A model generated the notes under the pieces. The model was not told the origin of the DNA. It searched no databases and saw only the letters and a program-made list of their open reading frames with translations. Positions 27,001 to 39,840 of a DNA stretch of 64,000 nucleotides are shown here, piece by piece (position 1 is the stretch's first letter; each line of letters starts with the position of its first letter). Both the position numbers and the translations under genes were made by a program. This DNA is from the human T2T-CHM13v2.0 reference genome, Homo sapiens: assembly GCF_009914755.1 (NCBI RefSeq), contig NC_060929.1, one strand, 5' to 3'.

Positions 27001-28239
27001 AAAAAATTCTATAATAATATGGTTTTCACATAGCCAAACTAGCAGTCAGTATCTACTGAGGAGATGGGGATCTTCAGAGTACTTTGAAACTCACAAGTGT
27101 GCATATGCAGTGATTATGTATTTAAAATAAATTGTGACTATTTGGTATCTGTTTCAATTGGTGGAACATTTATTCTCAATCACTCAAACATTTATTCTCC
27201 AAAGTAAGAGTCGTGACCTTTTGTTCATAATTTTTCTTTTCCAACTGGAAAACTGAAACCTCGCTTTTTGGAAATGTTGCTTTTAGCTAACAAAGAAATA
27301 GAATATTCCAATTTGATTATGTTTTAGGAAATTATTTTAAAGTAAGGCATCAAAATCAATCTCTTTTTAAAGGGTTTTCATTTTTATTATTGTTGTAGGA
27401 ATTAATTACATAATATCAAAAGATAAATGAGAATATAAATTCAAGATCCTCAAAGCCTTTCCTTTGCAATTGTTTCTAAGCAAAAATTATCCAGACAGTT
27501 TCTGTTATTAAATGTGTAGGGAGCTCCTAGGCTATTTGATCAAGTCCCAAATTTCCACTTTCCAAAGACAGAGAATCCATGGTCTTCACCTTAATAGCTG
27601 CTTTAGTGAGTGTTCAGTGGGACTGGAAGGGCCAAGGCTCAGAAAATAGGGCAGAGTCAAAATCCCATATGGGTGATCTTGAAGATTTCCCTCAATCAGA
27701 ACACAGGAGATGGTGGAAAGGAGGAGCGAGCCAGAGGAAAGGGAGCCACTTCTAAAGACACATTAATAATGTATCTGGTACTCATTCTTCATTCTGTCTT
27801 CTGTAAGAGTATGGAAGTATGTTATGGCCTTACTTAACACATTGATCTACTGTTAATGCTATCTTTTCACCATAGCGCATTGCTAGCATTTCAGTGTATC
27901 TATTCAAAAAAATAAATCCTTAATTACAACAGACAAACTTTTTTGTGTGGATAAAAGCCTAGTGATTGCCTTACCCATAAAGAGCTAGCTAGTTATCTCT
28001 CCAGACTATTTGTTTCCTTTGATCATTGTCACAACTTGTCTAATAGAAGTAGTTTGAGTTCATCATTTGAAATAGAAAGGCAATAACCCTCCAGAGTAGG
28101 TTGTGATTACAAGACATAATATTGAATTTACTAGGAAAAAGAAGCAGACCATGAGACAAAGGGATTTTTAAAAGCCCACTAAGGGACCAGAGTTCTAAGA
28201 CAGGCCAAATTAATCTATGCTATTTGAACTGAAATATAT

Positions 28240-28533
28240 GAATTTATACATAGTAAGTGCTACTTTGTATCTGGCTTCTTTCACTCAAAATTAGGTTTGC
28301 CAGAGTCATCTGTGTTGTTGCATGGAGCGATGGTTTGCTCATTCTCATGATATATTCATTCATTCTACTGGTTGATATTTGGGCCATTTCTAATTCAGGG
28401 TTATTGCTACTATTGGGGCTATTGCATACTATCACTACTATGAAAATTGTTGAACATGTCTTTTGGTGAACATATGTACATTTATTTGACATACCAAGGA
28501 GTAGAAATCATACCCATAGGGTATATATATATA

Positions 28534-28582
<49 letters not shown>

Positions 28583-28609
28583 ATATATATATATGTGTAT
28601 ATATATATA

Positions 28610-28669
<60 letters not shown>

Positions 28670-28750
28670 AATTCAGCTATATTGGATACTGCCAAACTAT
28701 TTTCCAAAGTAGTTGAATCAATTGTATACTTTTACTAACTGCATATGAAA
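28240..28750 (-). mobile_element. old L1M 3' fragment split by a long (TA)n/(TG)n microsatellite
   Basis: tatctggcttctttcactcaaaattaggtttgccagagtcatctgtgttgttgcat...tgccaaactattttccaaagtagttg. Confidence 0.75.
28522..28666. repeat. long (TA)n/(TG)n microsatellite
   Basis: Directly visible, ~145 bp. Confidence 0.95.
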
Positions 28751-29062
28751 GTAAGTATTACTTTATATTCAGGAAAAAGTAAATATTAAACTTCAGAGTG
28801 GCAAACTTCAGCTTTACATTGCTGTCTTCTTTTTATTAAGTCGTTCAATCTAGGGTGTCTAGAGATTGATTGTAATGACTTGTGGGTGGCCTTAGATTTC
28901 TATGCTTAAAGGGTTTAAGAAGTGTTTCTTCTATAAATATATCTTTCCAAGCAAAAAAAAAAATTCACAAGTATTTCCATGTTTACCAATGACAAAACAT
29001 CTAATGACTTTTGATATAAATAATAGTACTTTAGAACGCAGAAAAATCTTCCTAAAACTCCA

Positions 29063-31583
29063 AGTGGAGCAAGATGGCTGACTCCAGTTTCCTGCTACTT
29101 ATCCCCCACAAAAGGGACTAAATAACAAATATATGGTTATTTGCTGGATACAAAATCAACACACAAAAATCAGTAGCATATCTAAAAACTAATATTACAC
29201 TGTCAAGTAAAAAAAAATTATTTACAATAGCTGCATAAAAGTAAGGTATCTAGGAATAAACTTAACCAACAAAATAAAAGATATTTACACTAAAAACTAT
29301 AAACCATTAATGAAAGAAATTGAAGGCACAATTAAGTGGAAAGAAACCCCATGTTCATAGGTTGGAAGAAATAATATTGTTAAAATGTCCATACTACCTA
29401 AAGGAAAGTACAGATTCAATATAATTCTTATCAAAATACCAATGAAGCTCTTCAGAGAAATGGAAAAAAAATCTTAATTTTTTTAATGGAACTAAAGACA
29501 CCAAATAAATAGCCAAAGCAATCGTGAGAAAAAAAGAACAAAGCTGGAGTCATTCCACTGCCTGACTTCAAAATATAGTACAAAGCTATAGTAACCAAAC
29601 GTATTAGGCCCTTCTCTCAATTGCTATCAAGAAATATCTGAGATGGGGTAATTTATAAAGAAAAAAGGTTTAAGTGGCTCACAGTTCTGCAGGCTGTAAG
29701 CCAATTACAAAGAAGCATGATGCTGGCATTTGCTTGGCTTCTGGGGAGGCCTCAGGAAACTTACAATCATGGTGGAAGGAAAAGGGGGAACCAGCACTTC
29801 ACATGGCTGGTGCAGGAGGAAGAGAGAGGGAAGGGCAGTGCTACACACATTTAAACAACCAGATCTTATGAGAACCCACTCACTATCATGAGAACAGCAC
29901 CAAGGGGCTGGTGCTAAACCATTAAAGAGAAACCACCCACACAACCCAGTCACCTCCCACCAGCCTCCACCTCCAACACTGGGGATTACAACTGAACATG
30001 AGATTTGGGTGGAGACACATATCCAAACCATTCACATCAAAACAACTGGTGCTGGCATAAAAACAGATAAATAAATCAATGGAACATAATAAAGAGCCCA
30101 AACATAGTTCACACAGCTATGTCTAACTGATTTTTGACAAAGGTGCCAAGAACACAGTTAGGGAAGAGATAGTATCTTCAATAAATGTTGCTGGGAAAAT
30201 TTGATATCCACATGCAGAAGAATGAGGCTACACCACTACCTCTCACCATATACAAAATCAACACAAATTCTAGACTTTAAGGAGAATATTAAAGACTTAA
30301 ATGTAAAACCTGAAATGATGAAACTACAAGAAGGGAAAATGCTTTATGTCATTGGCCTGGGCAAGAATTTTTAAACCAAGACCTCAAATGTGCAGGCAGC
30401 AAAAACAAAAACAGACAAATGAGATTACATCAAACTAAAAAGCTTTTGCACAGCAAAGGAAACAACAGAGTAAGGAGACAATGTAGACAATGGGAGAAAA
30501 ATATTTGCAAACTATACATCTGACAGTGGGTTAATATCCAGAATATGTAAGTAATTTAAACAACTCAACAGCAAAAAAACTAAATTACCCCATTAAAAAA
30601 TGGACAAATGATATTAATAGACATTTCTAAAAGAAGACATACCAATGGCCAGTGAATACATGAAAAAAAAAGTTCAACATCACTAATCATCAAGGAAATG
30701 CAAATCAATACCACAATGAGATACTATCTCATTCCATTTAGAATGGCTATCATTAAAAAGACAAAAGAAAAGTGTTGGCAAAGATATGGAGAAAAGGCAA
30801 CATTTGCACACTGTTGGTGGTATTGTAAATTAGTATGTCTATTATGGATAACAGTATGGAGATTCCTCAAAAAATTAAAACTAGAACTATCATATGACCC
30901 AGCAATCCTACTACTTAATATATATCCAAAGGAAATATAATCAGTATGTTGAAGATATATCTACACTCCCATGTTTATTGTAGCACTATTTATAATAGTC
31001 AAGATGTAGAATCAACCTGTGTCCAACAATGGATTAATGGTTAAAGAAAATGTGGTGTATATATAAACAATGTGATATTATCTAGCCATAAAAAAGAATG
31101 AAATCCTTCATTTTGCCAGGTGATGGTTGAATCAGGAGGATATTGTGTTAAGTGAAATAAGCAAGCTACAGAAAGACAAATACTGCATGATCTCACTCAT
31201 ACGTGGAAACTAAAAGAAAAGATGTTATCAAACATACCAGAGAGTAGATCAGTGATTACCAGAGACTGGAGAGGGAAGGGAGACGAAGGGGGAGAGGCTG
31301 GTTAATAGGCAGAAATTACAATTAGATAGGAAAAATATGTTCTTGTGTTCTATTATACAGTAGAGTTAACCATCACTAGATGGTTAACAGTAAGATATTA
31401 TACATTATGAAATATCAGAAGATAGGCTTTTTAAAATATTTTCTCCACAAAGAAATGATAAATGCGTTTATCATTAAGGTAATGGATACTAAATACACTG
31501 ATTTCATCATTATACATACATATTGAAACATCAAATTGTACCCCATGAATATCTACAATTATAGTGTGCTAATTAAAAAAAAA
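29063..31583 (+). mobile_element. L1MA (about L1MA5-like): 5'-end-like segment fused to late ORF2 and 3'UTR, with nested MST LTR
   Basis: gtggagcaagatggctga at start; from 29141 ggatacaaaatcaacacacaaaaatcagtagca (late ORF2); ORF 30698-30940 is L1 ORF2 C-terminal-like; L1MA 3'UTR ending in poly(A) at ~31583. Confidence 0.85.
29600..30036 (-). mobile_element. MSTA-like MaLR solo LTR inserted in L1MA
   Basis: gtattaggccc...ttgctatcaagaaatatctgagatggggtaatttataaag...catgagatttgggtggagacacatatccaaacca; TSD ccaaa/tcaaa; L1 resumes collinearly. Confidence 0.9.
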
Positions 31584-31595
31584 GCATTTTCATTT

Positions 31596-32009
<414 letters not shown>

Positions 32010-32364
32010 TAGCATCGTTCCATATCAGATCTTGGACTATGATCTAGATGTGGAGACTGCCAGCCATGATATCATTCTTCATGGATACAGATGTAGAATT
32101 GTGAGCCAAACTCTTTAAAGCATACGTGAGTTGTGATTGTATCAACTGAGCTTTATTTATTCCAGGTAGACAATACCACTGCTAATTTGCATGGTTGCTT
32201 TATGTTAATTAATGCATTTGTTTCCTTTTGTAAAAAATTAGAAATTGAGTCATAGAAAGATTAAATGCCTGGCTTAACATTATCAGAAAATGACGTTCCT
32301 TTTATGAACTTCCAGTCAAAGAGGTCTCCAACTTCTATAACATCAAGCATTTTAACAGCATATG

Positions 32365-32624
32365 TGTATTAGGCCATTCTTACATTGCTATAAAGAAATA
32401 CCTACGACTGGGTAATTTACAAAGAAAATAAATTTAACTGGCTCCTGATTCTGTAGGGTATAGAGGAAGCATGGTGCTCGGCATCTGCTCAGCTTCTGAT
32501 GAGGCCTCAGGGAGCTTACAATCTGGCAGTAGGCAAAGTGGGAGTTTGCATGTCACATGGAAAAGCAGGAATGAGAGCGAGTAGGGGAATGAGAGCGAGT
32601 AGGGGTAAGATAATACACAATTTT
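32365..32624 (-). mobile_element. partial MST (A/B) MaLR LTR, broken by L1
   Basis: tgtattaggccattcttacattgctataaagaaatacctacgactgggtaattt...gaggcctcagggagcttacaatc; includes a perfect 18-bp tandem duplication 32568-32603. Confidence 0.9.
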
Positions 32625-33963
32625 ATTTTATTTCATTTTTTGCTTTTTACAACTTTGACTTTTAAATTGAGAAGTAATTTTTTAACCTCAAGTTTAAGGG
32701 AACATGTGCAGGTTTGTTACACAGGTAAACCCGTGTCATGGGGGGTTGTTGTACAGATTATTTTGTTACCCAAGTATTAACCACAACAACCATGGTTATT
32801 TTTCCTGATCCCCTCCCTCCTCCCACCCTCCATACTCCTGAAGGGTGCTGTTTCCCTTTATGTGTATATGTGTTCTCATCACTGTTCCCCGTGTGTGTTG
32901 TTTTCTTCTATACGTACGTACATGTGTTCTCATCATCTTGCTCCCACTTATAAGTGAGAACATGTGTTATTTGGTTTTCTGTTCCTGCATTACTTTGCTA
33001 AGGATAATGGTCTCTAGCTCCGTTCATGTTCCTGCAAAGTACATGATCCCATTCTTTTTATGGCTGCATAGTATTCCATGGTGTATATGTACCACATTTT
33101 CTTTATTAGTCTATCATTTATAGGCACTTAGGATTGATTCCATGTCTTTAGCATTGTTAATAGTGCCGCAGTGAACACATGCATGTGTCTTTATGGTAGA
33201 ATGATTTGTATTCCTTTGGGTATATACCCAGTAATGGGATTGCTGGGTAGAACGGTAGCTCTGCTTTCAGGTCTCTGATGAATCACCACACTGTTTTCCA
33301 CAATGGTTAAAGCTAATTTACACTCCCACCAATACTGTGTAATGTTTCTTTTTCTCCTCAACCTGGCCAGCACCTCTCATTTTTTGATGTTTTAATAATA
33401 GCCATTCTGACTGGTATGAGATGGTATCTCCTTGTGGTTTTGATTTGCATTTCTCTAATGATCAGTGATGTTGTTGAGCTTTTTTCATATGCTTATTGGC
33501 TATATGTATGTCTTCTTTTAAAAAGTGGCTGTTCATGTTCTTTGCCCGCTTTTTAATGGGGTTTTTTGTTTTTTTATTGTAAATTTGTTTAAGTTCCTTA
33601 TAGATGCTGGATATTAGACCTTTGTCAGATGCATAAATTGAAATTATCTCCTATTCTGTGGGTTGTCCGGTGACTCTGTTGGTAGTTTCCTTTGCTGTGC
33701 AGAGTTCTTTAGTTTAATTGTATCCCATTTATCAGTTCTTGCTTTGGTTGCCATTGCTTTTGGCATCTTCATTATGAAATCTTTGCCTGTTCATATGTCC
33801 AGAATGGTGTTGCCTAGGTTACCTTCCAAGGTTTTTATAGTTTTGTGTTTTACATTTAAGTATTTAATCCATCTTGAGTTGATTTGTGTATATGTTGTAA
33901 GGAAGTGGTCCAGTTTCAATCTTCTTCATATGGCTAGCCAGTTATCCCAGCACCATTTATTGA
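32625..33963 (-). mobile_element. 5'-truncated old L1PA (about L1PA13-16)
   Basis: aacatgtgcaggtttgttacacaggtaaacccgtgtcatggggggttgttgtacagattatttt...ggctagccagttatcccagcaccatttattga. Confidence 0.9.
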
Positions 33964-34462
33964 TGTGTCTCTTACCCAATTGCAAAGTTGCTTCCACATT
34001 TTCAGGTATCTTTATAGCAAGACCCCACTCCTTGGTACCAATTTTCTGTATTAGGCTGTTCTTGCATTGCTATAAATAAATACCTGAGACTGGGTAATTT
34101 ATAAAGAAAAGAAATTTAATTGGCTCATGGTTCTGCAGGCTTCACAGGAAGCATAGTACCAGTATCTGCTTCTGAGGAGGCCTCTGTAAACTTATAATTA
34201 TGGCAGAAGGCAAAGCAGGAGGTTGTACATCACATGGTGAAAGCAGGAGCAAGAGAGAATGGGGGACGGGAGGTGCCACACACTTTAAAAGACCAGATCT
34301 TGCATGAACTCGGAGCAAGAGCTCACTGTCACAAAGACAGCACCAAGCCATAAGGGGGTCCGCCCCCATGATCCAAACACCTCCCACTAGGCCCCATCTC
34401 CAGCATTGGGGATTGAAATTCAACATGAGATTTGGGCAGGGACAAACATCCAAACTATATCA
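33964..34462 (-). mobile_element. MST internal-region remnant (33964-34046) plus complete MST LTR (34047-34462)
   Basis: cttccacattttcaggtatctttatagcaagaccccactccttggtaccaattttc (MaLR internal end) abuts tgtattaggctgttcttgcattgc...gacaaacatccaaactatatca. Confidence 0.88.
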
Positions 34463-36327
34463 ACATATGGTGGCAACCCATTATGACAGATTATTATATT
34501 AAATGAGACTGAGTATCTAAAGAGTGAGAGTTGCATTAATGACTAAAATTCTGGTATAACAAGGGTCAGCTACCTTTCTCAGAACTGGACAGATTTGCCA
34601 CTGTGCATTTGTTGGTTAAAACACCAGTATCTGTATACAAGTTTCTTTAATGAAATGTAAAATTACAGTAATTTTTAAAATATGAATTATGCTTGAAAAT
34701 TTTATTCAGCCATTAAAATGATGTTTATAAGCTATTTGAAATAACCAGCTTTAAAAGTAGACTAAGAAATTGCATATGTCTTATGATCACAGCTATGTAC
34801 AAATACATACAAAAAGACTGAAAGTATGTATATAAAAATAATGATGGCTCTCGTGTGATTTTAGATCAGGGGTGTATTTTGACAACTTTTAAAATATTTT
34901 CCAAATTTTGTAAAGTAAGTATTTATTACTTTTTTTCACAAAGAATGAAAAATTATTAGAAAGTTTGACTACTAGTGAGAGAGACAAATGGATAGAATTT
35001 TTCAGCAGTAAACAGAAGATACACACTGTATTCCAATAACGGGGAAAAATAAATAGCAAAGTTTTAGGTCTAACAATATCATTAATTGTATGAAAGCAGA
35101 AATTCAACAGGTCATATCTTTTAGGACACTAAAATGGCAGTAGAAATTATAAATTGTAATCAACAAGTAATATCTAGCCACACACAAATTTTGTTTCTTT
35201 TAATTAATTTATAAAATAAATAAAATACTCAACAAATTACCTTTAAGAGGTCACAATATTTATTACTTTAAAATGAAAAAATGTAAATAGAAATAATATT
35301 GTACTGGAGAAATCATTTAAAATATTGATAAGTAGAGGTGTGTTCAACCAACCAGTATTAATTAATAACAACATGAACACATTTGAATATATACTATTGA
35401 TAAAAATTTTATGATTATATGATATTTAGGCCTGAAGCAGTCTCAAAAGGATTACTTTCCATCATGGTGCTAAGAGTACTGTAAACTTTTATGTTAAGTG
35501 TGCTAACTTACAGGATGAATTACTAAGGACATTAGCACCGATGTCCTTACTAATGAAGGACACATTCAAAATAGTACAGGATCTGCTCCCTTGGTTAATA
35601 CCATGTATTTTCCATCTTTTCTGAATCTCTATGAAGGAATAAAACTTGCAGTTATATTTGTTTCTTCCTATGAGTTTTATGTAACTTTATGATTTCACAA
35701 AATATTTTTATGTGCCCTAGAGAAATAATACAGTATTTCTTAAAAGAAATCATGTGTTTGTGTGGGTCTGCCTGTCCATTCCCTTTAGATCTAGTTGAAA
35801 CATCATCACACCAAGTTTGTTTCAAAGCATGACAACTAATGCAGGAACATTTTGTAAGCTCATAGTGTCTGAAAAAGAAAATAGGAACTCTGTAGTTCAG
35901 CATCATTAAGAACCACATGGATATTTTGTGGGGATTATGGGTGTCATATTTCTGTGATAGGTTATACATTTGGAATGTGCATGCTGATTTGTTGTGATCC
36001 ACTAAGGTACTGCAGCCCCTTACAGGTACATTTTTAAGTTTTGTAGGTCAGAAAATAAAACTCAAAAATTACACTTTCAAGACTGGTAACTTTGCCAAAT
36101 GTCATTACTGTGAGGCCCAAAATGCCACTTTTGGTGAGCAAATTGGGGCATGCTTGACACAAGTCCTTTGCCTTCTGATAGTTAGTGTGGGATAGAAGAT
36201 CCAATGAACAGCATGAACTTCAGAAAGCAAGTACTGACATGCTCAAATCATTCTTTCACACATCCATTCAGCAAATAGTTATTGACTGTGTGCCAGGTGC
36301 TAATCTCAGTGCTGGGAACGTGGCTGT

Positions 36328-36698
36328 TGTGTTAGCCTGTTCTCTTGCTGCTATGAAGATATACCCCAGACTGAGTAATTTATAAAGAAAAGAGGCTTAA
36401 TTGACTTGCAGTTCAGCACGGCTGGGGAAGCCTCAGGAAACTTACAGTCATGGAAGAAGGAGAAGCAAACACGTCCTCCTTCACATGGTGGCACGAAGAA
36501 GTGTCAAGCAAACGGAGAAAGCCCCTTATAAAACTACCAGATCTTATGAGAACTCACTCAGTATCATGAGAACATCATGGGGGTAACCGCCCCCATGATT
36601 CAGTTACCTCCTACTGTGTCCCTTCCATGATACATGGGGATTATGAGGTTACAATTCCAGATGAGATTTGAGTGGGAAAACAAACCCAAACCATATTA
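36328..36698 (-). mobile_element. THE1C-like MaLR solo LTR inserted in an L2
   Basis: gcaaacacgtcctccttcacatggtggc...gccccttataaaac...gagatttgagtggg...aaaccatatta; perfect 5-bp TSD gctgt. Confidence 0.92.
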
Positions 36699-36874
36699 GC
36701 TGTGAACAAAACAGGCAAAATTCATCCCCTCACAATGCTTGCATTCATCAGCATTCATCAGCATTGTCATTGTAGATACATCTGAGAAGTTTTTAATTTC
36801 TTTGAGGACATATCTATGCCAGGCACTAGGTGCCCTTGAGCCAGCCCAACATTATTCAAAATTTAATTCGGAGA

Positions 36875-37006
36875 CACCTGCATCAGAATCACTTGGAGAC
36901 ACATTTTAAAAATCAGAATTGGACTCTTTTAAGAAAAAGTCTGAAAATCTGCATTTTTGACAAGCACCCCAGCTGCATCTTCACATGAAAGTTTAAAAGC
37001 CACTGT
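36875..37006. mobile_element. MER5-like fragment
   Basis: cacctgcatcagaatcacttggag...gaaaatctgcatttttgacaagcaccccagctg...gtttaaaagccactg. Confidence 0.65.
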
Positions 37007-37763
37007 TCCAGCATTAACGTTTAATATTTACTATAAGGAAAAAATAATAGCAGAATAGTTGAAGCCAAAGTAATTTGCAAACCTTGTGACCATAATCAAA
37101 ATTGTTGACTTTCCATAAAAGCTGTGGTCTTCCCATTCTAACACTATATTCAGTAAGAAACAGCTGCAGACTGACTATTAATGATTTCCAGAACACATAT
37201 TGAAAAATTAAATAAAAAGTGCTTCACATGTTTTGATCCTCTACTAACTTTCATCATTTCTCTTCTTCCTGTAATTTTTGTAGATATTTTTATGTCGACT
37301 TTTTTTCCTTCACCACAGAGTATTTAAAACTTTTCCTATCAGTTTTGTGAGGGTGAGTAAGAGGGCGAGAGTTATTTAAGCTTCTAATCAGTGTTCTCTT
37401 GCTAAAATTGGAGGTAAATAAATAATTAAAATTCACATATGGAATACCTATAATTAAAACTATACATACAGCAATAGACACAAGTTTCCTTTGAAAGCAA
37501 CAGATAAGAGAATCACAGCTGTTGTTAAAAGCTGTTTTGCAAAGAAATATGAAGGAAGCTTGACTGATAATATTTAATGCCCTTGGAACATCTGTAAAAT
37601 GGCCTTCTTTCAGTTTTTGGTAATTTTTGAAAACTGAAGAAATTATTACAAACCATTTGCTAGCCTAAGCAGCACTAGTTTTATAAAATTCTTACTTCTG
37701 TGTACATCATCTCTGTAGCCCCAGTCAAATCAATGGCATGTTACATAAAAGCAACTACTGATA

Positions 37764-38070
37764 GGCTAAGTGCAGCGGCTCACACCTGTAATCAGTCCCA
37801 GCATTTTAGGAGGCTGAGGCGGGCAGATCACTTGAAATCAGGAGTTCGAGACCAGCCTGGCCAAAGTGGTGAAACCCTGCCTCTACTAAAAATACAAAAA
37901 TTAGCTGGGTGTGGTGGTGCACACCTGTGGTCCTGGCTACTTGGGAGGCTGAGACACGAGAATTGCTTGAGTCTGGAAGGCGGAGGTTGCAGTGAGGCAG
38001 TGAGCAGAGATCACACTACTGCACTCTAGCCTGGGGACCTGGGCAACACAGCAAGACTCTAAAATAAAAT
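37764..38070 (+). mobile_element. AluS with several small internal duplications
   Basis: Dimeric Alu; gcagtgaggcagtgag and cctggggacctggg stutters; degenerate tail. Confidence 0.92.
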
Positions 38071-38725
38071 TTAGAGTCCTATTTTTCTTGCCCCAACCTG
38101 GAAAATTACCATTCTTGAGAAAAAAAAAACATACGACATAATTCACCAACTGCTTAAAACTACATAAATTTGTTGCCTTTGTATACCCTTCTCCTAGCCA
38201 TTCTGACCTCTGATGTTTTCTCAAAACATCATTCTCTCTCAGCCTTTAAGTTTTGCAAGTTGAATCTTACCTGCTTATAAATACCTTCTCCTATTACCTC
38301 TCTTCCCATTTTTTTCACCTTTGATCCTTTAAATCTCAGCGTATAATCCCCAATCTGGGAAGCCTTTTTTCATTGCTCCAACAGGTAGTCCCTTTTTAAT
38401 TTACAGCTCCTTGAAGGCAGGATTCTACTTCAGCATGCATCACACTGTGCTTCCTCCTGATGTCACCTCTGCAAGTGCCACAGCTGGTCTTGATCATCGT
38501 GGAGCCCCCATTGTGAGCACTGCTGCCAAGCCTCTGTTGGGTCAAAATGCTAGAGTTTAGAGTTTGCAAACTATTGGTTCTTGGCAAGCTCTTAGTTTTA
38601 TTTACTTGGTTCATTGTTCATTTAGTTTTTGTTTTTCGTTTTTTTGTTTGTTTTATTTTTTTTCTGTAATCATTACGTAAACATTAGGAAATTGCACATA
38701 CCATAGAAATTTGGATTTCTGGCTG

Positions 38726-39035
38726 TTTTTGTTTGTTTGTTTGTTTGTTTGTTTGAGACAGAGTCTCACACTGTTGCCCAGGCTGGATGCAATGCCACAA
38801 TCTTGGCTCACTGCAACCTCCACCTCTCAGTTTCAAGTGATTCTCCAGCCTCAGCCTCCTGAGTAGCTGGGACTACAGGTGCACGCCACCACACCCAGCT
38901 AATTTTCATACTTTTAGTAGAGACAGGGTTTCATCATATTGGTCAGGCTGGTCTTGAACTCCTGACCTCAGGTGATCCACCCACCTCAGCCTCCCAAAGT
39001 GCTGGGATTACAGGCATGAGCCACCGCGTCTGGCC
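38726..39035 (-). mobile_element. AluSx-like with a (GTTT)n tail
   Basis: Full Alu; TSD ctggctgttttt (38719-38730 / 39036-39047). Confidence 0.95.
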
Positions 39036-39694
39036 CTGGCTGTTTTTAAAAATCACAAGATATGCTAACATCAGTCCCAGTAGACAAGAATTTAAGGAAT
39101 AGCTCTTCCTTTAACATAAGACAAATAGCTTTTCACTTAATCTCCTTCAACTCTTTGCCCCTGGCCTCTGGAGTATTAGAATGTGTGTGTCCCACTTGCT
39201 AATTTAAATTTCACATGTCTTGGAATGGAGGACAAAACATTATGATAGCTAATCCAATATTATCTTAAACTATCTCAGTGAACCATCCCATGATCTTATT
39301 TTCTCCCATTCAGAAAGACTCAGTGCCTTCTTAAATGCCATGTTTTTGTGTGTCTATCCATCCAGCGTTGTGATTATTCATTTGCGATTATTCATATGTG
39401 TCTAGACATTATTAAATCATTGGGTTGAGAGTGTGTCTTCTTCAATTCTGGTGGTTATGTAGCACATAGTGGATGTTCATTAATAGTAATATGTTAATTA
39501 ACTTTGACATGGAGGTGTTTATATGTTGTTGCTGTGTGACTCTCAGATGAAATTCTTTTCTATTCAATATTATATTGTAAGAGGAGAAATTAATGTTATT
39601 GTTAGGAGTGTGAGATAATTACAATAGAACTACTAAGGGAGTTAAAGATCTTCCTAGGAAGGTAGAGTGTTAGATAGAGACTGGCAAACCCTGT

Positions 39695-39840
39695 ACCACT
39701 AAAACTTTAACTTGCATCCAGATCACCTGGGGATTTTGTTAAACTACAGCTTCTGATTCACTAGGTTTGGGGTGGGGCCTGAGAGTCTTCATTTCTAACA
39801 CACTCTTCGATGATGACCATATTGACACCTCGAACAGCAA
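39695..39840. mobile_element. MER5A fragment
   Basis: tgcatccagatcacctggggattttgttaaactacagcttctgattcactaggtttggggtggggcctgagagtcttcatttctaaca. Confidence 0.8.

Noticed and set aside
28438-28738. YI/CV-repeat ORFs (also near 3130, 19990 and 62940) and Alu-derived ORFs
   Set aside because: Translations of microsatellites or Alu sequence
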